A stretch of DNA of 64,000 nt from Burkholderiales bacterium (GCA_014860395.1 JACZJU010000071.1:25248-89247); one strand, 5' to 3'; shown: positions 1 to 10,103, counted from the first letter of the stretch. Notes: a model not told the origin generated them from the sequence alone. Program-made: numbers and translations.

Positions 1-1042
1 GTCCGCCATCGCGCGCAATATAGACCATGGTCTTGCCGTCGCTCGAGATTCGCGGCGACACATTATAGCTGCCGTCGAAAGTCACGCGCGTGGCCTCGCC
101 TCCGGTCGCGCTCATGCGGTAAATCTGCGGACTGCCGCCGCGGTCGGAGGTGAAGTATATAGACTGGCCGTCCGGCGTAAAAAAGGGTTCCGTATCGATG
201 AAGCCCGAGTGGGTAATGCGGCGCGGGTTGCTGCCGTCGGGACCGATGAGGTAGATCTGCGAACCGCCGTCCTTGGACAACACCACCGCCAACTGCTTGC
301 CGTCTGCGGACCAGGCCGGCGCGCTGTTGGATCCCTTGAAATTCGCCACTACCTGGCGCTGCCCGGAGACCAGCGAATGCACGTACACCACCGGCTTCTT
401 GTTCTCGAACGAGACGTATGCGAGACGCGTGCCGTCGGGCGACCAGGCCGGGGAAATGATCGGCTCGCGCGAGGCGAGCGCGGTCTGCGCGCCAACCCCG
501 TCGGCATCGGCGATCCGCAGTTCATAGCGGCTCCCCTGCTTGACGACGTAAGCGATACGCGTGGAAAACACGCCGCGGTCGCCGGTCAGCTTCTCATAGA
601 CTATGTCGGCGATGCGGTGCGCCGTCGCGCGCACCTGCTGCGCATTCAGGGTAAATGCGACACCGCCGATCTGAGTTTGCTTGGGAACATCAAGCAAACG
701 GAAACGTGCCTCGAAGCGGCCATCGGCGAGGCGGACCACGCTGCCTATGACCAGCGCGTCGGCATTGCGGTTTTTCCAGTCGCCAAAGTTGACCTGCTCC
801 ACCTCGGTCGGCAGCGGATCGACGCTGCCGGCGAACAGCATGCGGAAGCGCCCGCTCCTTTGCAGGTCGGCTTCGACGATATCGCTGATGTTTTGCGACA
901 ACACCTGCTCACCGGCGAAGCGCAGCACCCCGATCGGGATTTGGTTGGCCCCACCGCCGGTGATTTCGATGGAAAGCTGCGCCTGTGCACTGGAGCAGGC
1001 GAGCGCGAACAGCAGCAAGACTGTACGGAACCAAAACCGCAT
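1..1042 (-). CDS. tolB: TolB, Tol-Pal periplasmic beta-propeller protein (partial; C-terminal part lies beyond window start)
   Basis: Open at the window edge, so absent from the ORF track. Own translation from ATG at 1042 (minus): MRFWFRTVLLLFALACSSAQAQLSIEITGG..., with SPAWSPDG and FTPDGQSIYFTSDRGG propeller motifs. Directly downstream of tolQRA. Confidence 0.9.
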   Translation of the reverse strand, partial: MRFWFRTVLLLFALACSSAQAQLSIEITGGGANQIPIGVLRFAGEQVLSQNISDIVEADLQRSGRFRMLFAGSVDPLPTEVEQVNFGDWKNRNADALVIGSVVRLADGRFEARFRLLDVPKQTQIGGVAFTLNAQQVRATAHRIADIVYEKLTGDRGVFSTRIAYVVKQGSRYELRIADADGVGAQTALASREPIISPAWSPDGTRLAYVSFENKKPVVYVHSLVSGQRQVVANFKGSNSAPAWSADGKQLAVVLSKDGGSQIYLIGPDGSNPRRITHSGFIDTEPFFTPDGQSIYFTSDRGGSPQIYRMSATGGEATRVTFDGSYNVSPRISSDGKTMVYIARDGG

Positions 1043-1107
1043 GCGGAATCCTGAAAAAATGTTCAAGCAATTATACCCTTGGTGTCGGGCCCCTGACTCA
1101 GAGTTCA

Positions 1108-1195
1108 CTGCAAAATGAGAGGATATCCCCTGCTGGGACTTTCCCCTCAAGGGGAACCGAGACCCTCGGGGCGCCTCCCCGCGCGCCCCCCCCTA
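1108..1195 (-). repeat. Degenerate copy of the G5-hairpin intergenic repeat plus a run of short GC hairpins
   Basis: Minus-strand reading CAGCAGGGGATATCCTCTCATTTTGCAG resembles the copies at 27877-27910 and 41041-41074. TTCCCCT-CA-AGGGGAA at 1141-1156, CCGAG-ACC-CTCGG at 1157-1169. Confidence 0.45.
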
Positions 1196-1231
1196 AACCA
1201 GGGACCCTTCCGGCAATTCTGAAATGGCCCC

Positions 1232-2059
1232 TTAATCCAGCGGCCTGAATTTGATTTCCAGGCCGCGCTGGAACTGCTCTGGCCGGTCCGGCCTGGGCAG
1301 GGGTGAGGACTTCAGTATCGCCCGCTCCACCGCCGCGTCATATGCTTTGTGACCGCTGGACTTGCGCAGCCTGACCGACATGACTTCGCCGGTAGGCAGT
1401 TGCACCACATCGAAAATCGCCTCCGGGTTGCCAGCGATGTCCGGCGGCAGCACGATGTTGCTCTTGATCTTGCCTTTGAGTTTGGCTATGTACGCCGCGT
1501 CGGCTTTAGCGGCGAACATAGCCGCTTCGCGCCGCATCTGATCTAGGATTCTGTCTTTCTCCAGCTGCTGGTTGAGTTCCGCCGTCTCGCGCTCTAGCTG
1601 GGCACGTATGTCCTTGGTGCGATCGAGATTGAGCTTGGGTTCGGGCTTAGGCTTGGGCTTGGGCTTCTTCGGCTCGGGTTCTGCTTTTTTCGGCACCTCT
1701 TTCTTGATCTCCTTCTTCTTTTCCAGCGCAATGTCTGGCTTGGGCGGCTCGATCGCTTTCTCGACTATCGGCTCGGGCTTGGGTTCGGGCTTGGGCTCGG
1801 GTTTCAGTTCGAGCTTCGGCTCCGGCTTTGGTTCGGGCTTGGGTTCCGGCTTGATCTGCGGCTTGGGCTCCACCCTTTGCACCACGGGCGCAGGCAGGCT
1901 GTTCCATAACTCGACCGTTACCGCCTCGGGCTGCCGGTTCTGCCAGTGCACGCCGAAAAACAGGAACAGCGCCAGCAGCACGTGCACCAGCACCGCCAGA
2001 ACCGCGGATGAGACCTTGCCCGGCTCCTCGTACGGGAGCGCCCCGGCCGCCACGGTCAT
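1232..2059 (-). CDS. tolA: TolA, cell envelope integrity protein
   Basis: 275 aa with N-terminal TM helix, (KPEP)n and Lys/Glu-rich linker, and TolA/TonB-type C-terminal domain. ATGA overlap with the tolR stop. Confidence 0.85.
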   Translation of the reverse strand: MTVAAGALPYEEPGKVSSAVLAVLVHVLLALFLFFGVHWQNRQPEAVTVELWNSLPAPVVQRVEPKPQIKPEPKPEPKPEPKLELKPEPKPEPKPEPIVEKAIEPPKPDIALEKKKEIKKEVPKKAEPEPKKPKPKPKPEPKLNLDRTKDIRAQLERETAELNQQLEKDRILDQMRREAAMFAAKADAAYIAKLKGKIKSNIVLPPDIAGNPEAIFDVVQLPTGEVMSVRLRKSSGHKAYDAAVERAILKSSPLPRPDRPEQFQRGLEIKFRPLD

Positions 2060-2472
2060 TGCGCTACAGGCTTCACCAGCAGCCCTACCCTGCGCACATT
2101 CTGCTTCTGCAGCTCGTCCATCACTTTGAGCACCGCTTCGTAACGCACGTCCTTGTCCGCCGCGATCACCACCGCCTGTTCAGGATTCGTCTTCTGCTTT
2201 TGCTGCAACGCCGCGACCAGCTCGGCGCTTGACACGGTACGCTCGCTCACCGCGGTCTTGCTCCGCTCGCGCAGCAGCAGCGATGCGTCGGCCCTTATTA
2301 CGACCTCCAGCGGCAGTTCAGGGGGCAACGAGGACTTGCCCACCGTGGGCAGCTCGATTACGCCCGGATTCACCAGCGGGGCGGTGATCATGAAGATCAC
2401 CAGCAACACCAGCATCACGTCGATATAAGGCACGACGTTGATCTCGCTCATGGCACGGCGCGAACGCGGCAT
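2056..2472 (-). CDS. tolR: TolR (ExbD/TolR family biopolymer transport protein)
   Basis: 138 aa; MSEINVVPYIDVMLVLLVIFMITAP is a typical ExbD/TolR N-terminus. Position between tolQ and tolA. Confidence 0.9.
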   Translation of the reverse strand: MPRSRRAMSEINVVPYIDVMLVLLVIFMITAPLVNPGVIELPTVGKSSLPPELPLEVVIRADASLLLRERSKTAVSERTVSSAELVAALQQKQKTNPEQAVVIAADKDVRYEAVLKVMDELQKQNVRRVGLLVKPVAQ

Positions 2473-2483
2473 CGCCGGCTTCC

Positions 2484-3170
2484 CTATTTGCCCACGCCGG
2501 ACTGGCGCTGCAGGATATTGGAAAACTCCTCGATGAAGCTCTCGAAGCGAATGGCGAGGCGATCGATGTCGTGCGCATAGCGGTTATAGGCAACCACCGC
2601 CGGGATCGCGGCGAACAGGCCGATGGCGGTGGCGATCAGCGCCTCGGCGATGCCGGGCGCGACGTGCGCCAGTGTCGCCGAGTTGACGTTGGCCAAGCCG
2701 CGAAACGAATTCATGATGCCCCATACCGTGCCGAACAAGCCGACGTAAGGGCTGACGGAACCGACCGAGGCAAGAAAAGACAGATGGCGCTCCAGATTGT
2801 CCATCTCGCGCTGGTAGGTCGCACGCATGGCGCGGCGCGCGCCCTCGACCGGGATGCTGGGGTCGGCGCCGCGCTGCGCGCGCAGTTTGGCGAATTCGCG
2901 GAAGCCCGCTTCGAAGATGCGCTCGAGCGAGCCGGCACGGTGGCGGTCGTTGACGGCGCTCTGGTACAGGCCATTCATGTCGCTGCCGCTCCAGAAATCG
3001 CGCTCGAACTTCTCCGTCTGTATCCCGGCCTGCCGGATGGCGAACAGTTTGCGGAAAATGAACAGCCAACTCATGAACGAGACCGACAGCAGCAGCAGCA
3101 TCACCAACTGCACCGGCACGCTGGCGTTGGTGATCAGGGAAAGTATCGACAGGTCCTGGGTTACATTCAT
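2484..3170 (-). CDS. tolQ: TolQ (MotA/TolQ/ExbB proton channel)
   Basis: ORF-track protein 2484..3224. Start moved to the internal ATG at 3170 (MNVTQDLSILSL...), because the upstream 18 codons run through an intergenic hairpin repeat. GLFGTVWGIMNSF motif. Confidence 0.9.
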   Translation of the reverse strand: MNVTQDLSILSLITNASVPVQLVMLLLLSVSFMSWLFIFRKLFAIRQAGIQTEKFERDFWSGSDMNGLYQSAVNDRHRAGSLERIFEAGFREFAKLRAQRGADPSIPVEGARRAMRATYQREMDNLERHLSFLASVGSVSPYVGLFGTVWGIMNSFRGLANVNSATLAHVAPGIAEALIATAIGLFAAIPAVVAYNRYAHDIDRLAIRFESFIEEFSNILQRQSGVGK

Positions 3171-3194
3171 ATTCTTATCGACTCGCGTAGCTGG

Positions 3195-3233
3195 TTGGAA
3201 AAAGGGGGTACACCCCCCTTTCACTCCCCCGAA
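3195..3233 (-). repeat. G5-hairpin intergenic repeat (REP-like, terminator-shaped)
   Basis: Minus reading TTCGGGGGAGTGAAAGGGGGGTGTACCCCCTTTTTCCAA. Lies in the ybgC-tolQ spacer. Confidence 0.7.
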
Positions 3234-3629
3234 TCAGAGGGTATCTCTTAACAATTGCGGCATGGCGGCGGGCTTGAAACTTCGCCGGTTCAGGCAGGCG
3301 ACCCGGACTTCGGCGCGCGCCAGAACGCGCGTGCCGCAGCGCGCCTCCTGGGCCAGATCAACATAGACACGCGCGATCTTCAGCGGTTCAACCGTGACCT
3401 CGAGCATGTCGTCCAGCCGCGCCGGACGGACAAAATCGAGCAGCGCCCGCCGCACCACGAAGATCAGACCCTCTTCCTGCGCAAGTTTATCCTGATTCAG
3501 GCCGAAACTGCGCAGCCATTCGGTGCGCGCGCGCTCGAAGAACTTCAAATAGTTGGCGTAATACACCACGCCGCCGGTGTCGGTATCCTCGTAATAAACG
3601 CGCACCGGCCAGGAAAAGAGTTGCGTCAT
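3234..3629 (-). CDS. ybgC: YbgC-type acyl-CoA thioesterase (Tol-Pal associated, 4HBT fold)
   Basis: MTQLFSWPVRVYYEDTDTGGVVYYANYLKFFERARTEWL is a classic YbgC N-terminus. Start placed at the internal ATG at 3629. Confidence 0.85.
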   Translation of the reverse strand: MTQLFSWPVRVYYEDTDTGGVVYYANYLKFFERARTEWLRSFGLNQDKLAQEEGLIFVVRRALLDFVRPARLDDMLEVTVEPLKIARVYVDLAQEARCGTRVLARAEVRVACLNRRSFKPAAMPQLLRDTL

Positions 3630-3637
3630 CCCGGCGC

Positions 3638-4690
3638 TTAGGCTTCGCCCGGCCTGTTCCACAGATCGCCGTTTTCGCTGGTCTTCGGCTGCGCCAAGCC
3701 GAAATGACGATAAGCCGACACCGTCGCGACGCGGCCGCGCGGCGTGCGCTGCAAATAGCCTTGCATGATCAGGAAAGGTTCGATCACGTCCTCAATGGTG
3801 TCGCGCTCTTCGCCGATTGCATGGGCAAGGTTGTCCACGCCCACCGGGCCGCCTGCAAACTTTTCGATTACCGCCAGCAACAGTGTCCGATCCATCAGGT
3901 CCAGGCCGAGCACGTCCACATCGAGCATCCGCAACGCGGCGTCCGCGACCTCGCGGCTCACGCCGCTTTTCGTCCTGACTTCGGCATAGTCGCGCACACG
4001 ACGCAGCAGGCGGTTGGCGATGCGCGGGGTGCCGCGCGAGCGCCGCGCGATTTCAAGCGAGCCTTCCGCGGCGACCTCGACCTTGAGCAGACTGGCTGAG
4101 CGGCTCACGATTCTCTGCAGTTCCGGCGCGGTGTAGAACTCCAGCCGCGCGACGATGCCGAAGCGGTCGCGCAGGGGGTTGGTAAGCATGCCGGCCCGGG
4201 TGGTGGCGCCAACTAGCGTAAAAGGCGGCAGATCGAGCTTGACCGAACGCGCCGCCGGGCCCTCGCCGATCATGATGTCGAGCTGAAAATCCTCCAGCGC
4301 CGGATACAGGATTTCCTCCACCACCGGCGACAGGCGATGAATCTCATCGATGAACAGCACGTCGTTCGGCTCGAGGTTGGTGAGCAGGGCGGCGAGATCG
4401 CCCGGGCGCTCCAGTACCGGGCCCGAGGTGTGACGTAAGTTGACCCCCATCTCGCGCGCGATGATGTGCGCCAGAGTCGTTTTCCCCAGTCCCGGCGGGC
4501 CGAACAGCAGCACGTGATCGAGCGACTCCTTGCGCTGGCGCGCGGCCTCGATGAATATTCCTAGCTGGTCGCGGATCTTCTCCTGACCTACATATTCGGA
4601 TAAGGCTTTGGGCCGCAGCGCGCGCTCGAACGCCTCTTCCTGCGGCGAGGCGGGATCGGCGGCGATCAGGCGGTCGGTTTCAATGGCCAT
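3638..4690 (-). CDS. ruvB: Holliday junction branch migration helicase RuvB
   Basis: 350 aa; Walker [12 protein letters not shown]; RuvB-specific C-terminal winged helix region. Confidence 0.95.
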   Translation of the reverse strand: MAIETDRLIAADPASPQEEAFERALRPKALSEYVGQEKIRDQLGIFIEAARQRKESLDHVLLFGPPGLGKTTLAHIIAREMGVNLRHTSGPVLERPGDLAALLTNLEPNDVLFIDEIHRLSPVVEEILYPALEDFQLDIMIGEGPAARSVKLDLPPFTLVGATTRAGMLTNPLRDRFGIVARLEFYTAPELQRIVSRSASLLKVEVAAEGSLEIARRSRGTPRIANRLLRRVRDYAEVRTKSGVSREVADAALRMLDVDVLGLDLMDRTLLLAVIEKFAGGPVGVDNLAHAIGEERDTIEDVIEPFLIMQGYLQRTPRGRVATVSAYRHFGLAQPKTSENGDLWNRPGEA

Positions 4691-4707
4691 ACGCTATTTT
4701 ACCGCCC

Positions 4708-5289
4708 TCACGCCCGCGACAGCAGCTTGAGGGCCTGCTTGATGCCCTCCGACACCGATAGTCCTTCGGGCAAATGCTTGAGCGCGTATTGCGCCTCTTT
4801 TTCGTTGTAACCGAGAGACAGCAGCGCGTTCAATACGTCGTTACCCGCCGTTGCGTTGCGGCTGAACGCCGAGCCGGCGCCAAGTTCGGCGCCCAGCTTG
4901 TCCTTTAGCTCGAGCAGCAGCCGTTCTGCCGTCTTTTTGCCTATGCCGGGAACCTTGGTCAGCCTTGCGGATTCCTGCATCACCACCGCCTGCGCCAGGT
5001 CGGCGACGCTCATGCCCGAAAGGAGCGACAGCGCGGTGCGCGCGCCGACGCCGCTGATTTTCAGCAACTGGCGAAACGCCTTGCGCTCGGACTCGCTGGC
5101 GAAGCCGTAGAGCAGGTGCGCATCTTCGCGCACCACCAGATGGGTGTACAGCGTCACCCGCTCGCCCACGTTGGGCAGATTATAAAAGGTGCTCATGGGC
5201 ACGTCGATTTCGTAGCCCACACCCTGCACCTCGAGCGTCACCTGCGGCGGTGTCTTTTCCAGCAACACTCCGCTCAAGCGTCCTATCAT
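4708..5289 (-). CDS. ruvA: Holliday junction DNA-binding protein RuvA
   Basis: Start set at ATG 5289 ([28 protein letters not shown]). The longer track ORF to 5712 runs out of frame through ruvC. ATGA overlap with the ruvC stop. Confidence 0.9.
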   Translation of the reverse strand: MIGRLSGVLLEKTPPQVTLEVQGVGYEIDVPMSTFYNLPNVGERVTLYTHLVVREDAHLLYGFASESERKAFRQLLKISGVGARTALSLLSGMSVADLAQAVVMQESARLTKVPGIGKKTAERLLLELKDKLGAELGAGSAFSRNATAGNDVLNALLSLGYNEKEAQYALKHLPEGLSVSEGIKQALKLLSRA

Positions 5290-5822
5290 ACGAGCCGCCC
5301 CCTCTTCACGCGATAGCCCGCGGTAGCAATTGCACCCAGGCCCTGCCCACCGTGCGCATGACATATGGCGCAGGCGAGCGCATCGGCCGCGTCCGCGCCG
5401 GGATTGCCCGGCAAACGCAGCAGGCGCCGCACCATCTCCTGCACCTGTTCTTTTTTTGCGTGTCCGTTTCCCACCACCGCCTGCTTCACCTGCAACGCGG
5501 TGTATTCTGCCACCGGCAGGTTCTCCAGCACCGCGGCACAAATAGCGGTGCCGCGCGCCTGGCCGAGCAGCAGAGTAGATTGCGGGTTGACATTGACGAA
5601 TACCTTTTCCACCGCGACCTGCTGCGGCTGATGCTGCTGGATCACTTCGCGCAGGCCCTCCAGTATGGTCTTGAGCCTCCCGGGCAGATCCGCTTCCGGC
5701 GCCTTGATGCAACCGCTGGTGACATAGGCGAGCTTGCTCCCGCTTTTTCGGATAATGCCAAAACCGGTGATGCGCAGGCCGGGGTCAATTCCGAGGATGC
5801 AAACGGGCTCGATTTCGGTCAC
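5286..5822 (-). CDS. ruvC: Crossover junction endodeoxyribonuclease RuvC
   Basis: 178 aa, GTG start; [16 protein letters not shown] catalytic N-terminus. Confidence 0.9.
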   Translation of the reverse strand: MTEIEPVCILGIDPGLRITGFGIIRKSGSKLAYVTSGCIKAPEADLPGRLKTILEGLREVIQQHQPQQVAVEKVFVNVNPQSTLLLGQARGTAICAAVLENLPVAEYTALQVKQAVVGNGHAKKEQVQEMVRRLLRLPGNPGADAADALACAICHAHGGQGLGAIATAGYRVKRGRLV

Positions 5823-5850
5823 AGCTTGACACCCATGGTTTCAGTGGAGG

Positions 5851-5940
5851 CTAACATGCGCAGCATGTTACGCCGGAACTAAAACCGGTAATGCGCAGGC
5901 CGGGATCGATGCCGAGTACGGTTATGGTGGGTTCGGCCAT
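5851..5940 (-). pseudogene. Relic 5' end of a second ruvC copy (29 codons)
   Basis: Own translation from ATG at 5940: [20 protein letters not shown], then SSGVTCCAC and stop. 36 nt (5881-5916) match the real ruvC 5' end (5760-5795) with four differences, all at third codon positions. Confidence 0.6.
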
Positions 5941-5968
5941 CAGACGATTATAGGCTTGCGCGCTTTGC

Positions 5969-6694
5969 CTACTCGTCTATCACTGCCGTGGTATAGACCT
6001 CCTGCACGTCGTCGAGCGCCTCCAGCGCATCGAGCAGCTTTTGCATGCGCAGCGCGTCATCCCCGGTGATCACGGTTTCGCTGAGCGGTTTCATCGTGAT
6101 CTCGGCCAGTTCCGGTTTCAGGCCTGCCTTCTCCAGGCCCTGCTTTACCTCGGAGAAATCGCCGAACGCGCAAATCACCTCAACCGAGCCGTCCTCGTTG
6201 GTGAGCACGTCCTCGGCGCCCGCTTCCAGCGCCGCCTCCATCACCTTGTCCTCGTTCGTGCCCGGAGCGAATACGAACTGGCCGCAATGCTTGAACATGA
6301 ACGCGACCGAGCCGTCGGTGCCGAGATTGCCGCCATGCTTGACGAAGGCGTGGCGCACGTCGGCCACGGTGCGGGTGCGGTTGTCGGTGAGGCAATCGAC
6401 CATCACCGCCGCGCCGGCGATGCCGTAGCCTTCATAGCGCACCTCGTCGTAGTTCGCTCCATCGAGCGCGCCGGCGCCGCGCTTGGCTGCGTTCTCGATA
6501 TTGTCCTTGGACATGTTCACATCCCGCGCTTTTTCCATGGCCAGACGCAGGCGCGGGTTCATGTTGGGATCGGCGCCGCCCATGCGCGCCGCCACGGTTA
6601 TTTCCCGTATCAAGCGGGTGAAAACTTTGCCCCTCTTGGCATCCGTGACCGCTTTCTTGTGTTTGATGTTGGCCCACTTGGAATGTCCCGCCAT
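5969..6694 (-). CDS. yebC: YebC/PmpR family DNA-binding transcriptional regulator
   Basis: 241 aa; [16 protein letters not shown]-terminus is diagnostic of the family. Confidence 0.9.
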   Translation of the reverse strand: MAGHSKWANIKHKKAVTDAKRGKVFTRLIREITVAARMGGADPNMNPRLRLAMEKARDVNMSKDNIENAAKRGAGALDGANYDEVRYEGYGIAGAAVMVDCLTDNRTRTVADVRHAFVKHGGNLGTDGSVAFMFKHCGQFVFAPGTNEDKVMEAALEAGAEDVLTNEDGSVEVICAFGDFSEVKQGLEKAGLKPELAEITMKPLSETVITGDDALRMQKLLDALEALDDVQEVYTTAVIDE

Positions 6695-6871
6695 GATTAC
6701 TGCCTCGATTTCCTTTGTAAGATTATAATTTTAGCATTGCGCCCGCGCCTTCCACCCTTGATAGCCGACAATTCCATGCTTCTGCCGCTGCGTGTCGACT
6801 ATTCCGGCAGACTGAATGAACCTGCGCCTGCGTCCGGCGGCGACCCGCCGACCCGCTGCCTGCGACGCTAG

Positions 6872-7771
6872 ATGAGCACCTCATCCTATCGCGCTTGGGG
6901 CATCGCCCTGGCGCTGGCCGGCGTCGTTTCCTTCTCCTTTCGGCCGATTTTGATCAAGCTCGCCTATGCTTACGTCACCGATCCGATCACGCTGCTGGCG
7001 CTACGCATGGTGTTCTCGCTGCCCTTTTTTATCGCCGCCGCGCTGTGGCTACAGCGCGACAAAGCCAGCGTGCCGCTCACCCGCCGCGACCTGTGGACCG
7101 TGGTGTTCCTTGGTTTCCTGGGCTATTACCTGGCGAGTTTCCTCGATTTCCTCGGCCTGCAGTACATCAGCGCAGGCGTAGGCCGACTGATGTTGTTTCT
7201 GTACCCGACCATCACCGTGCTGCTGTCGGCCCTGTTCCTGGGCAAGCGTGTCAGCAGGCGCGAGGTGTTCGCCCTGGTCGTGTCCTACGTCGGCCTGGCG
7301 CTGGTGCTGTCGCGCGCGTTCGGCGGCGAGAATCGCAACCTGCTGCTGGGCGCGCTGCTGGTATTCGGCAGCGCGATCTCTTACGCCGCGTATCTGGTCA
7401 CCAGCAGCCAGCTGGTGCGCCGCATCGGTTCGATGCGTTTCACCGCGTACGCGACCAGCGTCGCCAGCGTGCTGTGTATCGCCCAATTCCTGCTACTACG
7501 CCCGCTGTCGGCGCTCGATCTGCCGCCGCAGGTATACGGCTTGGCGGCCGCAATGGGCGTGCTGTGCACGGTGCTGCCGGTGTTCATGACCTCCGAAGCG
7601 CTAAAGCGCATAGGAGCAAACCATGTTGCGATCATCGGCGCAGCCGGGCCGGTGATCACGATCTTTCTCGGCTGGGTCGGGCTGGAAGAGCACATGACGC
7701 CGCTGCAGATCGCCGGCGCGGTGCTGGTGCTGGGCGGCGTAATGCTGGTTACAATTAGGCCCAGGGTTTGA
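6872..7771 (+). CDS. EamA/DMT family transporter
   Basis: 299 aa, about 10 predicted TM helices, duplicated EamA-like halves. Confidence 0.75.
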   Translation: MSTSSYRAWGIALALAGVVSFSFRPILIKLAYAYVTDPITLLALRMVFSLPFFIAAALWLQRDKASVPLTRRDLWTVVFLGFLGYYLASFLDFLGLQYISAGVGRLMLFLYPTITVLLSALFLGKRVSRREVFALVVSYVGLALVLSRAFGGENRNLLLGALLVFGSAISYAAYLVTSSQLVRRIGSMRFTAYATSVASVLCIAQFLLLRPLSALDLPPQVYGLAAAMGVLCTVLPVFMTSEALKRIGANHVAIIGAAGPVITIFLGWVGLEEHMTPLQIAGAVLVLGGVMLVTIRPRV

Positions 7772-7817
7772 AACAATGCATCCCCCTCATTTTGTAATGC
7801 ATTATTAGGAGACAAAC

Positions 7818-8597
7818 ATGGATTTCGGCATCAAGGGCAAGACGGCAATCGTGTGCGCATCGAGCAAGGGCCTGGGACGAGGCTGCGCCTTTTCGCTGGC
7901 GCGCGAGGGCGTAAACCTGGTGATCACCGCCCGCGGCAAGGAGGCACTGGAGAAGACCGCCGACGAAATCCGCGCCGCCACCGGCGTCAAGGTCACTGCG
8001 ATCGCCGGCGACATCACCACCGAGGCCGGCCGCGCCCTGGTGCTCGCCGCCTGCCCCAATCCGGACATCCTCGTCAACAATGCCGGCGGGCCGCCGCCGG
8101 GGGATTTCCGCACCTGGACGCGCGACACCTGGATCGCCGCGCTGGACGCCAATATGCTCACTCCGATCGAGTTGATCAAGGCCACGGTGGACGGCATGAT
8201 CACGCGCAAGTTCGGGCGCATAGTCAACATCACCTCGAGTTCCGTCAAGGCGCCGATTGAGATTCTTGGTCTATCGAATGGCGCGCGCTCCGGCCTCACC
8301 GGCTTTGTCGCCGGCATTGCGCGCAAAACTGTGGCGCACAACGTCACCATCAACAATTTGCTGCCGGGCTCATTCGACACCGACCGCATACGCACCACAT
8401 TGGCCGCCCAGGCCAAGGCCCGCGGGGTCGACGTCGAACTGATACGCAAGGAGCGCCAGGCCCAGTGCCCGGCCGGCCGCTTCGGCGACCCGGCCGAGTT
8501 CGGCGACGCCTGCGCCTATCTGTGCAGTGCGCAGGCCGGCTATGTCACCGGGCAGAATTTCCTAATAGACGGCGGATCCTACCCGGGCACGTACTGA
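7818..8597 (+). CDS. SDR family oxidoreductase
   Basis: 259 aa; TAIVCASSKGLGRGCA dinucleotide-binding loop and NNAG motif. Confidence 0.8.
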   Translation: MDFGIKGKTAIVCASSKGLGRGCAFSLAREGVNLVITARGKEALEKTADEIRAATGVKVTAIAGDITTEAGRALVLAACPNPDILVNNAGGPPPGDFRTWTRDTWIAALDANMLTPIELIKATVDGMITRKFGRIVNITSSSVKAPIEILGLSNGARSGLTGFVAGIARKTVAHNVTINNLLPGSFDTDRIRTTLAAQAKARGVDVELIRKERQAQCPAGRFGDPAEFGDACAYLCSAQAGYVTGQNFLIDGGSYPGTY

Positions 8598-8705
8598 GCG
8601 GGCGCATCGCAATAAACTCCCGATCAGTCAAGCTGAAACCCGGGATAACCCGGGCTGGGCCAGATTCGCGGCGTCAAAGCCGATGGTGCGGGCGCCGAGC
8701 CCGGA

Positions 8706-10103
8706 TCACGAGCCCGGCGTCTTCGCCGGCGACTCGCTGGGCTTGGTGTGCCTGGTGCGCTGCAAAAAACCCTCCGACAGCGCCTTGTATATCGGCCACG
8801 GGCAGATCAGGCGCGAAGTGCCTGCGGCTAGCAGGGCGGTCGCCATCAGAGGCAGCGCGAGCCCGTGATTGTCGGTCATCTCTATCACAATCACGAAAGA
8901 GGTGATCGGCGCCTGCACCACGCCCGCAAAATAACCCACCATTCCGAGCAGCACCACTGCGCCGACAGGCGCATAGGGCATGATCTGGGCGATGTTGGCC
9001 CCGAAGCCAGCGCCTACCGCGAGCGAGGGCGAAAACAGGCCGCCCGGAATGCCCGTCGCATAGGACACTGCGGTCGCCAAGAGCTTGAGCACGCCGTACA
9101 AGGCCGGCAAGTCTCCGCTGCCTTCGAGAACGCGCCGCGCCTCGTGATAGCCGGTGCCGTAGGTCGTGCTGCCGGACAGCAGGCCCAGCACCGCCAGGAT
9201 CAGGCCGCAGGCCGCGGCAAAAACGACAGGCCGGTTGCGCCGGAAGATGCTCAGATTCCAAGGCAAGCCGCGCGCGGACGCAATGATCATGCGGCTGAAT
9301 ATCCCTCCGGCGAGTCCACCACCGGCACCGCAGACGAGGACTGCGATCCAAGCCGTATTTAGCGGCAGGACGGCGGAAGTGTAGCCAAAATACGGGTAGT
9401 CGCCCAACACTGCGAGCGACGCGATACCGGCAATGATGACCGCAGTAAGTATGGTGCCGCTGGTCCTTTCCTCGAAAGAACGGCTCATCTCCTCGATGGC
9501 GAACACGATCCCGGCAAGCGGCGTATTGAATGCCGCGGCCACGCCTGCGGCGCCCCCCGCGAGGATCAAACCCCGTTCCGTTTCCTGGCGCGAGAAGCGC
9601 ACGAATTTTCCCAGGGAGTGCATGATCGAGGCACCGATCTGGACCGTCGGCCCCTCGCGTCCGATCGATGCGCCGACGAGCAGTGCGAACAGCGTCATGA
9701 AAATCTTGCCGGCCGCGATCTTGAGCGAGAGCACGGCACCGCGCAGCTTTTCGTCATGGATCTGCAGGGCGGCGATAACCTGGGGAATGCCGCTACCTTC
9801 CGCGCCTGGAAATGCTTTCTGGGTCACCCAGACTGCGAGCGCCAGGCCCGCCGGCGTGACCACCAAGGGCAAATAGGGCGAATAGGCGATCATGCGGTGC
9901 AGATAGATATTCGCCTGCTCGGCGCCCATGGCGAACAGGATGGCGATGGAACCCACGCAAACCGCGCCCCCCCATAACACCAGGCGGCGCAGCCACAGCT
10001 GCGGCGAGAACCAATGATGACGAATTCTCTTTAGTGCGGCGAAAGGCACTTGCTTGCGATCTCCATAAACCGCGGGCGGACTCCCGCAGCACAGCGCCGG
10101 CAC
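8706..10103 (-). CDS. ClC family voltage-gated chloride channel / H+-Cl- antiporter
   Basis: 465 aa; GSGIPQV, GREGPTVQIG and GIPGGLFSPSL selectivity-filter motifs. GTG start, exact start uncertain. Confidence 0.85.
   Translation of the reverse strand: MPALCCGSPPAVYGDRKQVPFAALKRIRHHWFSPQLWLRRLVLWGGAVCVGSIAILFAMGAEQANIYLHRMIAYSPYLPLVVTPAGLALAVWVTQKAFPGAEGSGIPQVIAALQIHDEKLRGAVLSLKIAAGKIFMTLFALLVGASIGREGPTVQIGASIMHSLGKFVRFSRQETERGLILAGGAAGVAAAFNTPLAGIVFAIEEMSRSFEERTSGTILTAVIIAGIASLAVLGDYPYFGYTSAVLPLNTAWIAVLVCGAGGGLAGGIFSRMIIASARGLPWNLSIFRRNRPVVFAAACGLILAVLGLLSGSTTYGTGYHEARRVLEGSGDLPALYGVLKLLATAVSYATGIPGGLFSPSLAVGAGFGANIAQIMPYAPVGAVVLLGMVGYFAGVVQAPITSFVIVIEMTDNHGLALPLMATALLAAGTSRLICPWPIYKALSEGFLQRTRHTKPSESPAKTPGS

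Noticed and set aside
209-1118. Plus-strand ORFs of 281 and 145 aa at the window start
   Set aside because: They lie antisense to the partial tolB gene, which I translated directly and which has clear TolB motifs.
1640-1870. Short-period DNA repeats in tolA
   Set aside because: Coding low-complexity (KPEP)n linker, typical of TolA domain II and not a non-coding array.
5290-5712. N-terminal 141-codon extension of the ruvA ORF in the track
   Set aside because: It runs out of frame through ruvC. RuvA homology begins at MIGRLSG (ATG 5289), which gives the common ATGA overlap with ruvC.
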